This document shows, piece after piece, positions 13,863 to 26,133 of a stretch of DNA of 64,000 nt. The stretch is from Gordius albopunctatus (taxonomy: Eukaryota): positions 6,386,001 through 6,450,000 of the forward strand of contig OZ193910.1 of the NCBI GenBank assembly GCA_964276515.1, given 5' to 3'. The notes beneath the pieces are model-generated. The model searched no databases, was not told the origin of the DNA, and saw only the letters and a list, made by a program, of their open reading frames with translations. Position 1 is the stretch's first letter, and each line of letters opens with the position of its first letter. The position numbers were made by a program, and so were the translations under genes.

Positions 13863-15190
13863 TAGCGATGCGGAAAAATCGAAAAAAATCGAGACGAGAT
13901 TTTGAAAAATTGAGTCGAGATCGAGACGAGAATTTTGACCTCGATTCGACACCAACAAACCGCCCCAAGAGTTCATTATGCCCGAAATCTCATTAGAGAA
14001 CATAGAAGAGCAAATAGACCTAGGGTTTTGGGAGGACAAAAATCTTAGCGAAACCAGCGAGGAAAACCAAACAGAAACCCCCATGACCACGTGATCTAGC
14101 GCTATATAAGAAAGAAAAAGAGACCACACCGCATTCGCTCGTTTTTTTTTGTTCACGTGTTTACGCATTCTGCCCTCTCTGCTTTTTTACACCTTCTTTC
14201 TCTCTGAAATTTTCGTCCCCCCATTTTTTACACTTATCATATACGACGCAATTATACAATTACATATAGAATAGTTACGCGTTAATAAAGGTCCCTGGTG
14301 AAACGTAAAAGCGTAGCCAGGGAATCCGGGAGAAAGGCCTAACCTAATAATTTTAGGGTATTTAATGCAAATTAATATGATTTTGATAGTAATTACTTAC
14401 GCACCTAATTATCCGCTTCGCGCAAATTTCAAATTTGTAATATAATCTTAATAGACATAGTGTTAGTAGCCCTTAGGGTATTTGTTACTTATTTGTATAG
14501 CTTATATAATATAAAATTATTTAGACCTATAATGTGTTTATGCGCAACAAGTTCATCATCCAACACAAAAAAGAGCAACCTGCTCAAACATTTCACAAAA
14601 TTCAAAGATGAATCAAATAAAATGTGGAAGTGTAAATTGTGCTTTAAAAAAAATTTTATATTTCAAGTTATACATGTGCAATTAACGTAAGATCTCAAAA
14701 CTGTTATGTTCTTCCAACAAAAATGCCTATTTTATTGTATTTTAAATGTTCAGATAATTACTTGTTATAAATAATGATATCTTCAAAAGTTTACTCTCGC
14801 ATTTTTGTCATTATTTTAACGTTATTAAAAGAGATCTCAATAAATTTATTATGTTAAAATATGATGATATCATTAAACTTTATCCTCTTATTGAGCCTTA
14901 GCCAGGAAATGAAAGTTATTGTTTAGAAACTTATATAACACCTTCAATAATGCTTCCTGCCTTAAGATACCCATCTAGCTTGTGTTTTGGGGTTTGAGAT
15001 AAAAAATTGGTTCCATTATGACCAATTTATATCTTATATAATAATTTATAAGAGTCAGAAAAAAATAAATGGTATAATTATTTTTAAAAGTCGAGACGAG
15101 ATCGAGATTTTCCTAGGTGGAGACGAGACTTTAATAATTGCACCCGAGACGAGATTTTGCTTTTGAGACCGAGACGAGATCGCAACAGTA
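13863..15190 (+). mobile_element. internally deleted hAT element with BED zinc-finger remnant
   Basis: Starts TAGCGATGCG, ends CGCAACAGTA. Exact 8-bp TSD GTTTTGGG (13855-13862, 15191-15198). LLKHFTK...WKCKLC at about 14580-14642 resembles a BED finger. Confidence 0.8.
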
Positions 15191-15329
15191 GTTTTGGGAT
15201 TGAGAAAAAAATTGGTTCCATTATGACCAATTTATATCTTACATACTAATCTATAAGAGCTAGAAAAAAATATATTTGGTATAATTATTTTTAAAAGTCG
15301 AGACGAGATTTTAATAATCGCACCGAGAC

Positions 15330-16640
15330 GAGTGATGCGGAAAAACCGAGAAACAAAGAATGGAGTCGAGATTTTGTCGGCGAGATCGTTATCTTTTAGT
15401 AAATTATTGTGTATTTTAATTTGCATGATTTACATTTAAGATATTAAGTTTAAATTAATACGTATGGAATATATTTGACATTAAAAAAATTCCTGTAAAT
15501 ATTATATTTTTTGCAGGATTTACCTAAGTATGGTTGAACTTTAGGGTATGTGAATAATTTTATAATATCTTTATCACATATTTAAATCAATAGTATTATT
15601 AAATATTACAAAATTATAGGCTTAGAATGAGTTCTGATTGAATAGTAAATATAAACAAAGCATATTTATATTTCGCAGTTATTCATCCTGCATAATGCGG
15701 TAATTATAAATTGGTGGTCAATCAGTTTGAATAATTCAACTAGTTAAGCTAAGGTGGCTCGAGATTTTTTAGCACCCGCTGAACGATTTCAAAAGTACAA
15801 TAGATTATTTAATGACACCGCAATAGATTAAATCTAAAGCATGAGTTTTCTAGAAGTTTTATGCTTCAACTATATTCGATAAATAACTATTTAATGTCAA
15901 AGTTAGTTAGAATTAGAAGATAATTATTTGGAATATAAATTTGATTTTAATGATTTTTGTCATAAATTTAAATACGTGCAATTTAGAGTTTAAAACCTCA
16001 TATTCCTAATCCTATAATAATGATGCTTTTATTGTTGTTTCTACCCGTTCTTATATGTGCATATAGTTATCAATTCTGTAAATAATAATATTATCAATTA
16101 AAAGTCATTCGCACATTGTGTTTTATAACGCTATAGTAAACATGCAATAAACACTATGGGCTATAATTAATAATGGTACTAATGGACTTAAATGTTTGCC
16201 TTAAATATGTTAAGGTCTACTTTGAAGCTTTAGCCAGGGTTAATAAAGGGTCTCAATTTGCTAAACTGTGCAACTAAGTCAACTATAACCGAAATTATTA
16301 TTTTCTAAGTCTATATAGTTGACAAACACGGTGATTTGATACAAACGTTATAATTTGCTAGAACAATAAAATTTAATTTTCTATACTTCAAATTTATTTA
16401 TAGTTTTTTAGTCTACACTTTCCATAGAAAATGTTATTTTTTTGAATGAATTCATATCTCTATATTGACAATGAGATGTCGTGTCCCGCTAAATCTTTAA
16501 AAAGTTTGTGTATTAAAGTTTATCAAAAAATCTTATTTAATATTTTTAATAAAACAGAAGAAATTTTTATTCCGTATATATTTTTTTTAAAAAAGTCGAG
16601 ACGAGAATTCTCGACCGAGACGAGATTTTGCTTTCGAGAC
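15330..16640 (+). mobile_element. non-autonomous hAT element, second copy of the 2556-4149 family
   Basis: Colinear similarity with 2556-4149 throughout, e.g. CATCCTGCATAATGCGGTAATTATAAATTGG and GAGATGTCGTGTCCCGCTAAATC. Right end appears truncated. Confidence 0.85.
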
Positions 16641-17335
16641 GGCAAATTTTAATAAGGGAAAGGGGTTCACGTAAATGCTAATAAATTCAAATATAGAGGA
16701 AAAAAATAAATAAATTAACGACATATAGATGAAACTTTAATCTACATGAATATATTATTATTTTTCACTAAATACTAAAAATGCCTTAAAATGGGCATTT
16801 TTGTCACCTTCCACCTCGTTTATCTTAAAAACTGGTAATTGTGGGAAAAACTAATAACAGATTATTTTTCAACGCAAAATTCTCTAACAGAATTATGGGC
16901 CCCATTGCAAGATATTTTTTTTAGACCTGTGTAATTTATGTTGAAAGTGCAAAAAAGCACATTTAACTATTTTTTAAGGTTATATTACCACGTCATTTTT
17001 AATTTACATTCAAAAATATTAACATATTTCTGTAGATTAAAGTTTCTTCCATATGTCCATATTTTTTTTGTATAACGAATCTGGTGCAAAATGCAATATG
17101 TGCAAAATGTAATATTCGCATTTTAGAAATTGAGACCGGTTTTCACGCATATTCTTACGCATGTAATATGTACTAAAAAACTACGTAATAAAAGGATACT
17201 ATAATTGTTAATTGAAACAAAATAAGTTATATCAAAATGTATAATACTATTTTATAAATAAATACATATTATCAAATAAATCACTAAATCTAACCCTTGC
17301 CTATATTAAATTTTGCACAGAAGTGATATTTATGA

Positions 17336-17669
17336 CTAGATGAACCCGGCAAACGTTGTTTTGCCATTTACCGGGGGGTATTAAATTATGTTGGGATCTT
17401 AGGGCATATATGATGATAAAGCGGTTATTGAAGTAAAAATAAGGTTTGATGTCTATATGTTCTACTTCTATTGTTCTATTTCCGTATACAGTGCAACGCG
17501 TACGAATACTCGAAAACTACTTGACCGATTTGGCTAGAACAAATCTTAAAACATGCTCCGGAGTGTCAGGAATAAACTGTGAAATTTTTAGGTAAATCGG
17601 TCCGTTAGTTTTCCAAAATTCGTGGCGGCATATATACACACACACATAGTTTCATTTTTATATATAAGA
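17336..17669 (-). mobile_element. short non-autonomous Helitron
   Basis: On the minus strand it begins TCTTATATAT and ends GC-rich ...GCCGGGTTCATCTAG, lying between A and T with no TSD. A partial second copy is at 40987-41100. Confidence 0.65.
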
Positions 17670-19074
17670 TTAGTAAAAAACTCTTCTATAATTTAAAAAA
17701 GTAAACCAGCGCACTCATACTCTCCCATTAAACTTGTATTGATATAGGATTTAGTTTAAAATATAAACTTTAAACAGATATAATTTAAATTAAAAACATT
17801 TAGGGTTAAGAAAACTGTAGAATATTTTATTAAATCTTTTTTTTTTAATTTTTTATCACCTCATAATCCGATTTTTGAACGTTTAAAGATTTGTATCTAA
17901 TGTTAATAAACCTAGAATTTTTACATATCATTTGGTTTGTATTTAATTATTAATTGAAACGTATTTTACTATTTAACTATTATTTAATAGCCTTCTTTTT
18001 CAGTATAAAACTATTATATAATTTTTTTATTTAAAATATAAATTAAAATAGGTATCATTATTATTTAAATTATGCAGTTTATGATTTTTTACAAAAAATT
18101 ATGAAACTAACATAATAAAAGGCTTCCACATTTATCATTATTTCTAATCTAAATCCTTTATAAAGAATAAATATAATAGACTATTCAATAAATATGTAAC
18201 CATATTTTTTACAATTAAAACATGTGACAAGGCAAAAAACAATAAAAAGGTTAAAAAAATAAGCTTATAGTCAAACAGGTACGTTTGTCATAAAAACAGT
18301 TATAATTTATAAACTAATTTATTTTAAACATTATTTAAATCATATATTATATTAAGATAACTATCATTAACATAATAAAAAAGAAATCAGGCCTATTTTT
18401 ATTGGGTCAATATAACCCATACAAAGCGTTAATTAAAAAATTGGAAGGCCCCCAAACGTTTATTTTATTTAAAAAAGCACACCCCTTATCCTACTTCATG
18501 TAGCCTCAGTACCCCTAATATGATTTATAAAAATAATACTTATTTTATTGGTCAATATAATATAAAATAACAGGTAATTTTTGGCTTTTCAACACCCTTG
18601 ATTGTGAAAATGAATTAAATAAATGGCTAGATTTATAAAAATTTAGGTTAAAATATACTATAAATACTCTCTATATCATAATGTGTCATTGTTTTGAATA
18701 AATATGCATATAGTAAATTACATTGTCTCCTTTTAAGGAAGGGAAAGAAGCTGTGCATATGGCACTTTAGCTAAACCATGGTTAACCATTACTCTTTCAT
18801 ATAGAAAATTAATATTACCCAATAATTTTAAATTATTATTTATATTCTCCATACAAATTAAAATATGTTAACTTTAAAGATTGACATGTAAAATAATATA
18901 AGTAAAATCAAATTATTAATTAACTATGATAGTTTGAAGCTAAATTTGGGTCTTGATTGATTCACCTAATATATAAGAAATACATTACATCAAAGGTTTT
19001 AATAAATGGCAGATAAGAAGTACCATAGTACAAAAATTTTATAAAAATGTGCAATATATTCAATAAAAAATTTA

Positions 19075-19332
19075 TTAAATTTTACTTCTCATTTGAATTA
19101 GGGCTTCTACTTCCTTTTCCATTTTTTGGCGTTTAGATTGTTCGAAAAATCCTTTTCCAAATTTATAATAAAAAACTCCACCTACCGCTACAAACACTGA
19201 AATGGCTATAAAAGCTGGAGTAATAATAGATTTTGATATTTCCCCCACATTTTTATGAATAAATCCTTTTTTAGCAGGTTGAAAATCCATACACATGCGA
19301 TTTGTTACAAGAGAGGGTAGAAGATTAATCAT
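19075..19332 (-). CDS. putative small single-pass membrane protein (85 aa)
   Basis: Intact ATG-TAA ORF in apparently non-repetitive sequence. One hydrophobic segment (IITPAFIAISVFVAVGGVFYY) then a charged helical tail. AATAAA overlaps the stop. A plausible short GT-AG intron lies just upstream (about 19381-19336). Family not recognised. Confidence 0.55.
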   Translation of the reverse strand: MINLLPSLVTNRMCMDFQPAKKGFIHKNVGEISKSIITPAFIAISVFVAVGGVFYYKFGKGFFEQSKRQKMEKEVEALIQMRSKI

Positions 19333-19699
19333 AAACTTTTAAAACGACTGTCGACCTTAGTGCCAACAACTGAATTCCTACCGTTTCAAAAGTGCTAGAT
19401 TCTTTGATTGAAATGTGCAATTTATAAATTAAACGTTATCAAAACCTGGTGCCTATAACAAAGAATATGAGTATCATCTACAAAATCATTCATTTTTCCA
19501 AATATTCCCCATCCTCCTTAGGGCCAGGGGTAAGGATATATGTAGACAAATAATTGATATAATGCGGGTTTTTATCAACCCGGTTTTGGTTTACCATATT
19601 AAAACATATATTTATAGCAATAATATAATTTACCTAAAGTGTTAGACAATTAACAGTTAAACTATTTAGGATTTCATTGGATATTCCCATGTGCTTGTG

Positions 19700-20070
19700 T
19701 ATTATCCAATTATTATTATTGAGGTTGTTAATCCGAAATTGTTTCTTTAATCATGGGGAGCAGCTTGGTGTGCTAGCCGTAAAGGTGAGGTGGGAAATTT
19801 CAGTTTGAAAGATATGGACCGTTTTGAGAGTGAGGACGTGCCAAAGTGGCGTTTGGGGAACTTAGTTCTAAGGATTACATCGATTTGTGGTTTATATGCA
19901 GGTATAGAGCGTTTTTGGTCAATGGGGATTCTCGATGTGAGCCGACTTCAAAAACAATTGGGGGGGGGTTTGTTCGGCAGTGAAGGGCCAAGATATTGTC
20001 ATTCTTTTATTCGTTGTCATAATATGGGGTGTTGCACGATATGATTTACAATTTAGTAATGTTGTGGCAA
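19700..20070 (-). pseudogene. Ty3/gypsy integrase C-terminal fragment
   Basis: Minus translation SYRATPH...AE...LF*SRLTSRIP resembles the gypsy YRATPHxxTGxSPAELLFGRxLRTxLP motif. Confidence 0.5.
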
Positions 20071-20233
20071 TCTCGGTTGAGGAGCGTATTCGCATTCGTC
20101 ACATGATTTGAATTTTTTTTTCAAGTTCTCGAAAAGGTATGAGTTTTGATATACCAAATACAAAGTTAAAATAATAATTAAAATAGTACTCACACAATCT
20201 TAATTGTTCGCGTGCCTTTAACATACATAAGTA

Positions 20234-23160
20234 TTAGGGCTCACACAATTTTAATTGCTCCGTGTGTCTTATTTCATTACTATCACTTTGTCCATCTTTA
20301 ATTTTAAAAAATTTTAGAACCAACACCTTTTGGTGAAGCCGAAACTTTGGTTTACCTACCATTGGCAATTGTTGGTGATCATCAACATTTAAAAAATCTG
20401 GTGGATATCTTAATTTACGACTCAAAAATTCGTAGCTAACTGCAGGACGATCAGGATATCTTGGAGACATGTTGTGATAAAGTTTATATAACCATGTTCC
20501 TTCCTTAGTCGCTTTAGCTAAATTTAACCATTTCTTTACGATTCCTACATACCTTTCAACCTTCCTATTTAAGCTAGGATGATATGGGGGAGTCAACAAA
20601 TGATTAATTTTATATTTCAAGCAAAATTGTTTAAATTCTACGCTTACTAAAGCTTTGCCATTATCAGTAACGATAATTTCCGGAAAACCATAAGCGCCTA
20701 TTAATTCTTGCAAAATATTTATAGTTACTTTACTCGTTATTTGAGAAACGTTTTTAAATTCCGTCCATCCTGAAAAGGCGTCAACGATTAAAATAAAACG
20801 CTTTTTATCAAATTCGAAAAAGTCTATATGAATACGACTCCACGGTCCTTTTGGACGTGGCCAAGTTGCGCTTTTATCTTTACGCGGCATAGCTGCGTTA
20901 ATTTTACACAATTCGCATAGCCTAACCAAAGCATTAATATCCTTTGTAATTTTAGGCCACCATACGTAATCTCGTGCAATTTGTTTCATTTTCACAATTC
21001 CAAAATGGCTTGCATGTACCAGTTCTAATACTTGTTTCCTAAGCCCTATTGGTATGACCAATTTTCCTTGCCTTTTAATCGCACCTTCTTCAACATAAAG
21101 TTCATTGAACACGTGCTTAAAAGGTATAGTAATTTGTGCGAATTCGTCCGATCCTGATAACATATTTTTAATTAGACTTAATTCGCGATCTTCGTTAACA
21201 GATTCTATAATTTGCTTAAAATAAATTATGTTTATACTATTAACTACATGTCCACCAACAATATCGCAACTCAAAGATGTATCCATAACCTCCGTTGTGT
21301 CCGCGCCCAAACGCGACATTACGTCGGCCAAATGGTTTTAATCTCCTTTACGATATTTTAAGGTTAAAGTGAAATTACCTAAAGTTAATAGCCATCTTTG
21401 CAATCTGGGTGACATTAAAAAATCGGTGCTGTTTTAATAAACAAAGAGACCAATGGTTTGTGATCTGTATAAACGATGAACGATTCTCCGATTAAATATT
21501 CTCTACATCGTTTCAGGCCATAAACCATTGCTAACGCCTCCTTCTCTATTACCGAATAATTTAATTCCGGTTTAGATAATTTACGAGAAAAATATATTAC
21601 AGGGTTTTCTACACTGCCTTCTAATTGGCATAATGCACCACCAATTCCGTTATTGGATGCATCCACCCTTAAAACGTTTTTGCCTTCCGGATCGAAACAT
21701 TTTAATATAGGTTGCTTTAAAAGAACTTGTTTTAAATAATTATAACATGCTTCATGCTCATCAGTCCAATTATATATGCTATTTACGCCAGTTAAATCAT
21801 ACAATGGGGCTGCATATTTACTATAATCACTGATAAACCTGTTATACTAAGTCATTAACCCTAAAAATGATGACAGTTCTTTTTTATTGAGAGGCATTCT
21901 CGCATTTTGGATAGCATATATCTTAGTAAGATTTGGTCTAACACAACCGTCTCCTAATATATGTCCTAAATACATAACCCTTTCTACAGCAAATAGGCAT
22001 TTCTTTTCAGCAACACGTAACCCTTTTGCTTTAATTAATTTTAATACAGTTATTAAACGCTTGTCATGTTCGTCCCTAGTGGAATCAGTGATCAAGATAT
22101 CGTCTAAATAAAAATTTATGCCTTCTAAATTAAAAAAAATTGAGGCCATGGTTCTTTGAAAGATTGCCGCTGACACACTTAAACCGAAAGGTAAACGTTT
22201 AAATGCAAATAAACCCTTTTCTGTATTAATGGTCAATCATAATAGGCATTAGCCAAATCAATTTTTTAAAAATATTTCGCGCCTTTTAAATTTGCTAACA
22301 CCATTTCAATTCTGGGGAGGGGGTATCTCACATCCACCACACATTTATTGATTGTTATTCGGTAGTCAGCACACACCCTTATCGTTCCATCTGGTTTTTT
22401 AACCGGAACTAAAGGCGTTGCCCAATCCGAATAATTAACTGGCTCGATTACATCATCTTTCAACCAAGTGATAATAATATGTTCAACTTGGTCTTTCCAT
22501 ACTAATGGAATGCGCCGGGCTGGGCAAAAACGTGGAGAACATTGATCATTAATCTTAATTGAAAACATGTTATCATTTAGACATCCTAATTCGTTCGCAA
22601 AAATTTGTTCAAACTCTACTTGAATTTTGTCAATTTAATCACGCCATAATTTTTTGTCGTCCTGAAATTCTTTACGATCCATCTATGAGGAATTCTCAGC
22701 ATTTTTATATGCCTTTACCTCCATACATGAGGAACTAGTCTCATTATTTGAAACATTGTCCTCATCTGAAATTAAGGAGACACCCGCTTCCTTAACAATT
22801 ATGGTCGTAAGCTCAGACCCAACTTTATTTATAGCCTCATCATCACCAATATTATCCTTATTGCAGTGAACAAAATTAATTTTATTATTTTTACAAATTC
22901 CCCAATAATTAACTAAGGGACCAATTTTTCTTATCCATGTCCATCCCATTATATTTTCAATATTTTCGTCAACAATATACATATCAAATTCCAAACTTTG
23001 CCCCGCGGCGTTCACCCTCACTTTCGTATAACCTAAGATGTTAATTGGACAGCCATTTAATTGCTTTGCTAAAATGCTAGCTTTTTTTAATAATTTTTCG
23101 GACCAATATTTTTTAAAATTTATTTGCGAAATTAGCGAAATTGTAGAGCCCGTATTGGCT
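20234..23160 (-). mobile_element. decayed Ty3/gypsy (Mag-like) pol: protease, RT, RNase H, integrase
   Basis: NTGSTISL (protease, catalytic D to N), WATPLVPVKKPDGTIRVCADYR and YLDDILI (RT), VDASNNGIGG, YSVIEKEALA, TDHKPL (RNase H), HASHFG..C..C, RIHIDF, TDNG, PPYHP (integrase). Split by stops and frameshifts, no LTRs found. Confidence 0.92.
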
Positions 23161-23178
23161 AAAAATTATATATAATTA

Positions 23179-25892
23179 CTAGCTGTGCCCGGCCAAGCGT
23201 TGCTTTGGCTCAGTCATTAAGTGGTTAAATAAGTATAACCTATTAATAAGACTTATCTAAAATGCGGTCATATATGAAATAATGTGAAAGGTCCGAATGC
23301 TAATGCAAATAAATATCCATAATATTTATTTAAGAGCGATATAAAATATTCATTAATAATTCATAAGAGTATATAAGCATTAAAATATAAAAAGGTTATA
23401 ATAATGTATGGGTAATAAAGAGCTGTATGAAGATTTTGGCTGAAAGTATAATGTAAAAAATGATGTAAATAGTAAAATAAAACCTGCAAGGGAAAGTTGA
23501 TGGATAAAGGGTAAATCAAAGATAGGTCTGTCTTATGAAGAATAAGGTAATACACGTACAGTATTATAGCTTCTTGTGAATGTCTCGTCAAATTTTGTTA
23601 TAATACTCTGGCGTAATAAAAAGGGGAGAAATGCTAAAAGAAATATAAAATTATAGAATTTAAAAGGTGATTATACGCGAGTAAAATCAATGGGTTTTAA
23701 TGGTAATTGCTAAAAGTTATGAGTGGATAAATAGAAATAATACTAACTTTAATTATTCATGCAGAAAAGTAGTGAGGCGTTATAAAGAGGGTTGTAATTG
23801 TAAGTTCGGGTAAGAGATCCTTCGCAGCTTAACTTCTTCCTAATTTGCATTAGAGTTACCTCTTGTTTCATAGGGATATAAAAATTTGAGAATGTTATTT
23901 GATGACTATAACCAATCTTCACAGGGATAAAAATTTAAGTCATAAGAATTGTTGTCAGTAAAGCTCTAAAAACACAAACGTAATTTTCACATTTGCATTA
24001 GAGTTAACTCTTGTTTCACAGGGATATAAGAATTGCTAAGGATTGTTGGCAGTGAAGCTCTAAAAACAATTATAAAAATTCTAAATATGAATTTAAATTG
24101 TTATTACCTGTTAATAAAAAATTTGAGAATGTTATTTAATGATTATAACCAATCTTCACAGGTATAAAAATTTAAGTTATAAGAATTGTCGTCAGTAAAG
24201 CTCTAAAAACACAAACGTAATTTTTAAATTTGCATTAGAGTTACCTCTTGTTTCACAGGGATATAAGAATTGCTAAAGATTGTTGGCAGTGAATCAAATT
24301 TGCATTAGTGAGAATGTTATTTGATGATTATAACCAATCTTCACAGGGATAAAAATTCAAGTTATAAGAATTGATAAGGATTGTTGTCAATAAAGCTCTA
24401 AAAACACAAATGTAATTTTCAAATTTGCATTAGAGTTATTAAAATTTGAGAATGTTATTTGATGATTATAACCAATCTTCACAGGGATAAAAATTCAAGT
24501 TATAAGAATTGATAAGGATTGTTGTCAATAAAGCTCTAAAAACACAAATGTAATTTTCAAATTTGCATTAGTAAGGATTGTTGGCAGTGAAGCCCTAAAA
24601 ACAATTATAAAATTAAGAATTTAAAACTTGAAAATGGTATATAATGATTATAACCAATATCCGGTTTAGAAACAGGAAATGTGATTCTTGATGCGCGCTT
24701 TGATTATTATAACAATATTTTCACGTCAAACGTTTAGATACGTAAACCTTTAACAGAGCACGCGTCTTTTTTATATTATAAAATTTTTGATAACTCCCTG
24801 TTTACCTTAGTCGTATTTTCCACGTATATGAATTTAAATTCCGTTTTTTACGATTTTACGATGTGTTTTTGGCCTTTCCTTCCGTATTGTTACAACGAAT
24901 GGCTTACACTCGGGTACGAATCAATTTTTCCTTGTTTTGCAGCTCTCATGTGATAATTTGCGTGTTGTTCCTCGTAGTCGATACGAATGTATTTTCAAGA
25001 ATATGATTTATTCTATTCGGCACGAAGGGGTAAAGATTTTTTTAAAGTTATTTTTAAACAACTAGAATTTTATTCCAAGAATATTATATATTCTATTCGG
25101 AAGAAGGGGGGGAGAGATTTGTTCCAAACTATTGTTTAAACAATTTTATCGAGGGTAGGGGTGGGATATTTTTTTTTTGTTCTGACAACATTTTTGTAGA
25201 ATGAATAAAAGATTTATTTTATGCCAACAAACAAAAAGGTTTTTTTCCGAATTCGAGAATGTAAGTGAAAAATACAAACTGTTATCCCATCTAGGGCATT
25301 GTTTACTGATGCGTGTGGATAGCAATAATGAAAGTAAGTGGAACAAATCCCTACTGGAAATTAAAATTGAAAGTAAAAGTATCCCATCTGAAGTAGTAAG
25401 GCCAGGGAGGGGAGATTGTGTAGACATAAATACTATTAAAATCAGTACCGCAGATGTTATATCTATTCTACGTTTTAAAGATACGAGCTATATTAATTAA
25501 TCAAAAAAGGGTATAACCTTTGTGAATATAAGTACGGGTAGGGGGTTTGATCGAATAAGTACGGTATTAAAACGCGTGTGTATAGCAGCGCGGTGGGGGG
25601 TTCAGGGAGGAGAGAACCGTAAGTTTTGTGAGGACACGACACTTATGATTCAAGTTTGTATAAAGGGCTAACTATAGTTTCCCAGCGGTTAAACATGCTA
25701 CGAATTCGATACAATATTCTATGATTTTGTCCAAATTAAATATTTTGAATAGTTTTTAAATGTCTTGTGTCTTATTGCCCCAATAAACTCATCCACGGTT
25801 GAGCAAAAGTATTTTTTAATATTTAAACAAAAAAGTTAAATAGCTTCATTCAAGCAATGAGTGACAATTTGCTCATTATAAATATGATAAGA
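23179..25892 (-). mobile_element. non-autonomous Helitron with internal tandem repeats
   Basis: Minus-strand 5' end TCTTATCATATTTAT and 3' end GCAACGCTTGGCCGGGCACAGCTAG, flanked by A and T. The same 3' terminus occurs on plus at about 40788-40818. Confidence 0.6.
23838..24660. repeat. complex modular tandem repeat inside the Helitron
   Basis: Recurrent modules ATTTGCATTAGAGTTACCTCTTGTTTCACAGGGATATAAG, GAGAATGTTATTTGATGATTATAACCAATCTTCACAGG and AAAGCTCTAAAAACACAAA in shuffled order. Confidence 0.85.
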
Positions 25893-26133
25893 TAGTTTAA
25901 ACTTCTCACGTGGCTTGTATTCAATTAAGGGCCACATTTGCTACATTTATTAGATCGTTTAGTATTTGATATCAAGTTGTAAGCCAAGATTTCCTCAATT
26001 TTTAATTAATTTTAAGTAGGGTTATTATACTCTCTTTTTACATTGTTTTTGTATGAGTGCGAAGTGCCTCCGGGGATACGTTATTTACCGATGTGTTGTC
26101 AATCAAATTATAGTTATACACGTTTTGCACACT

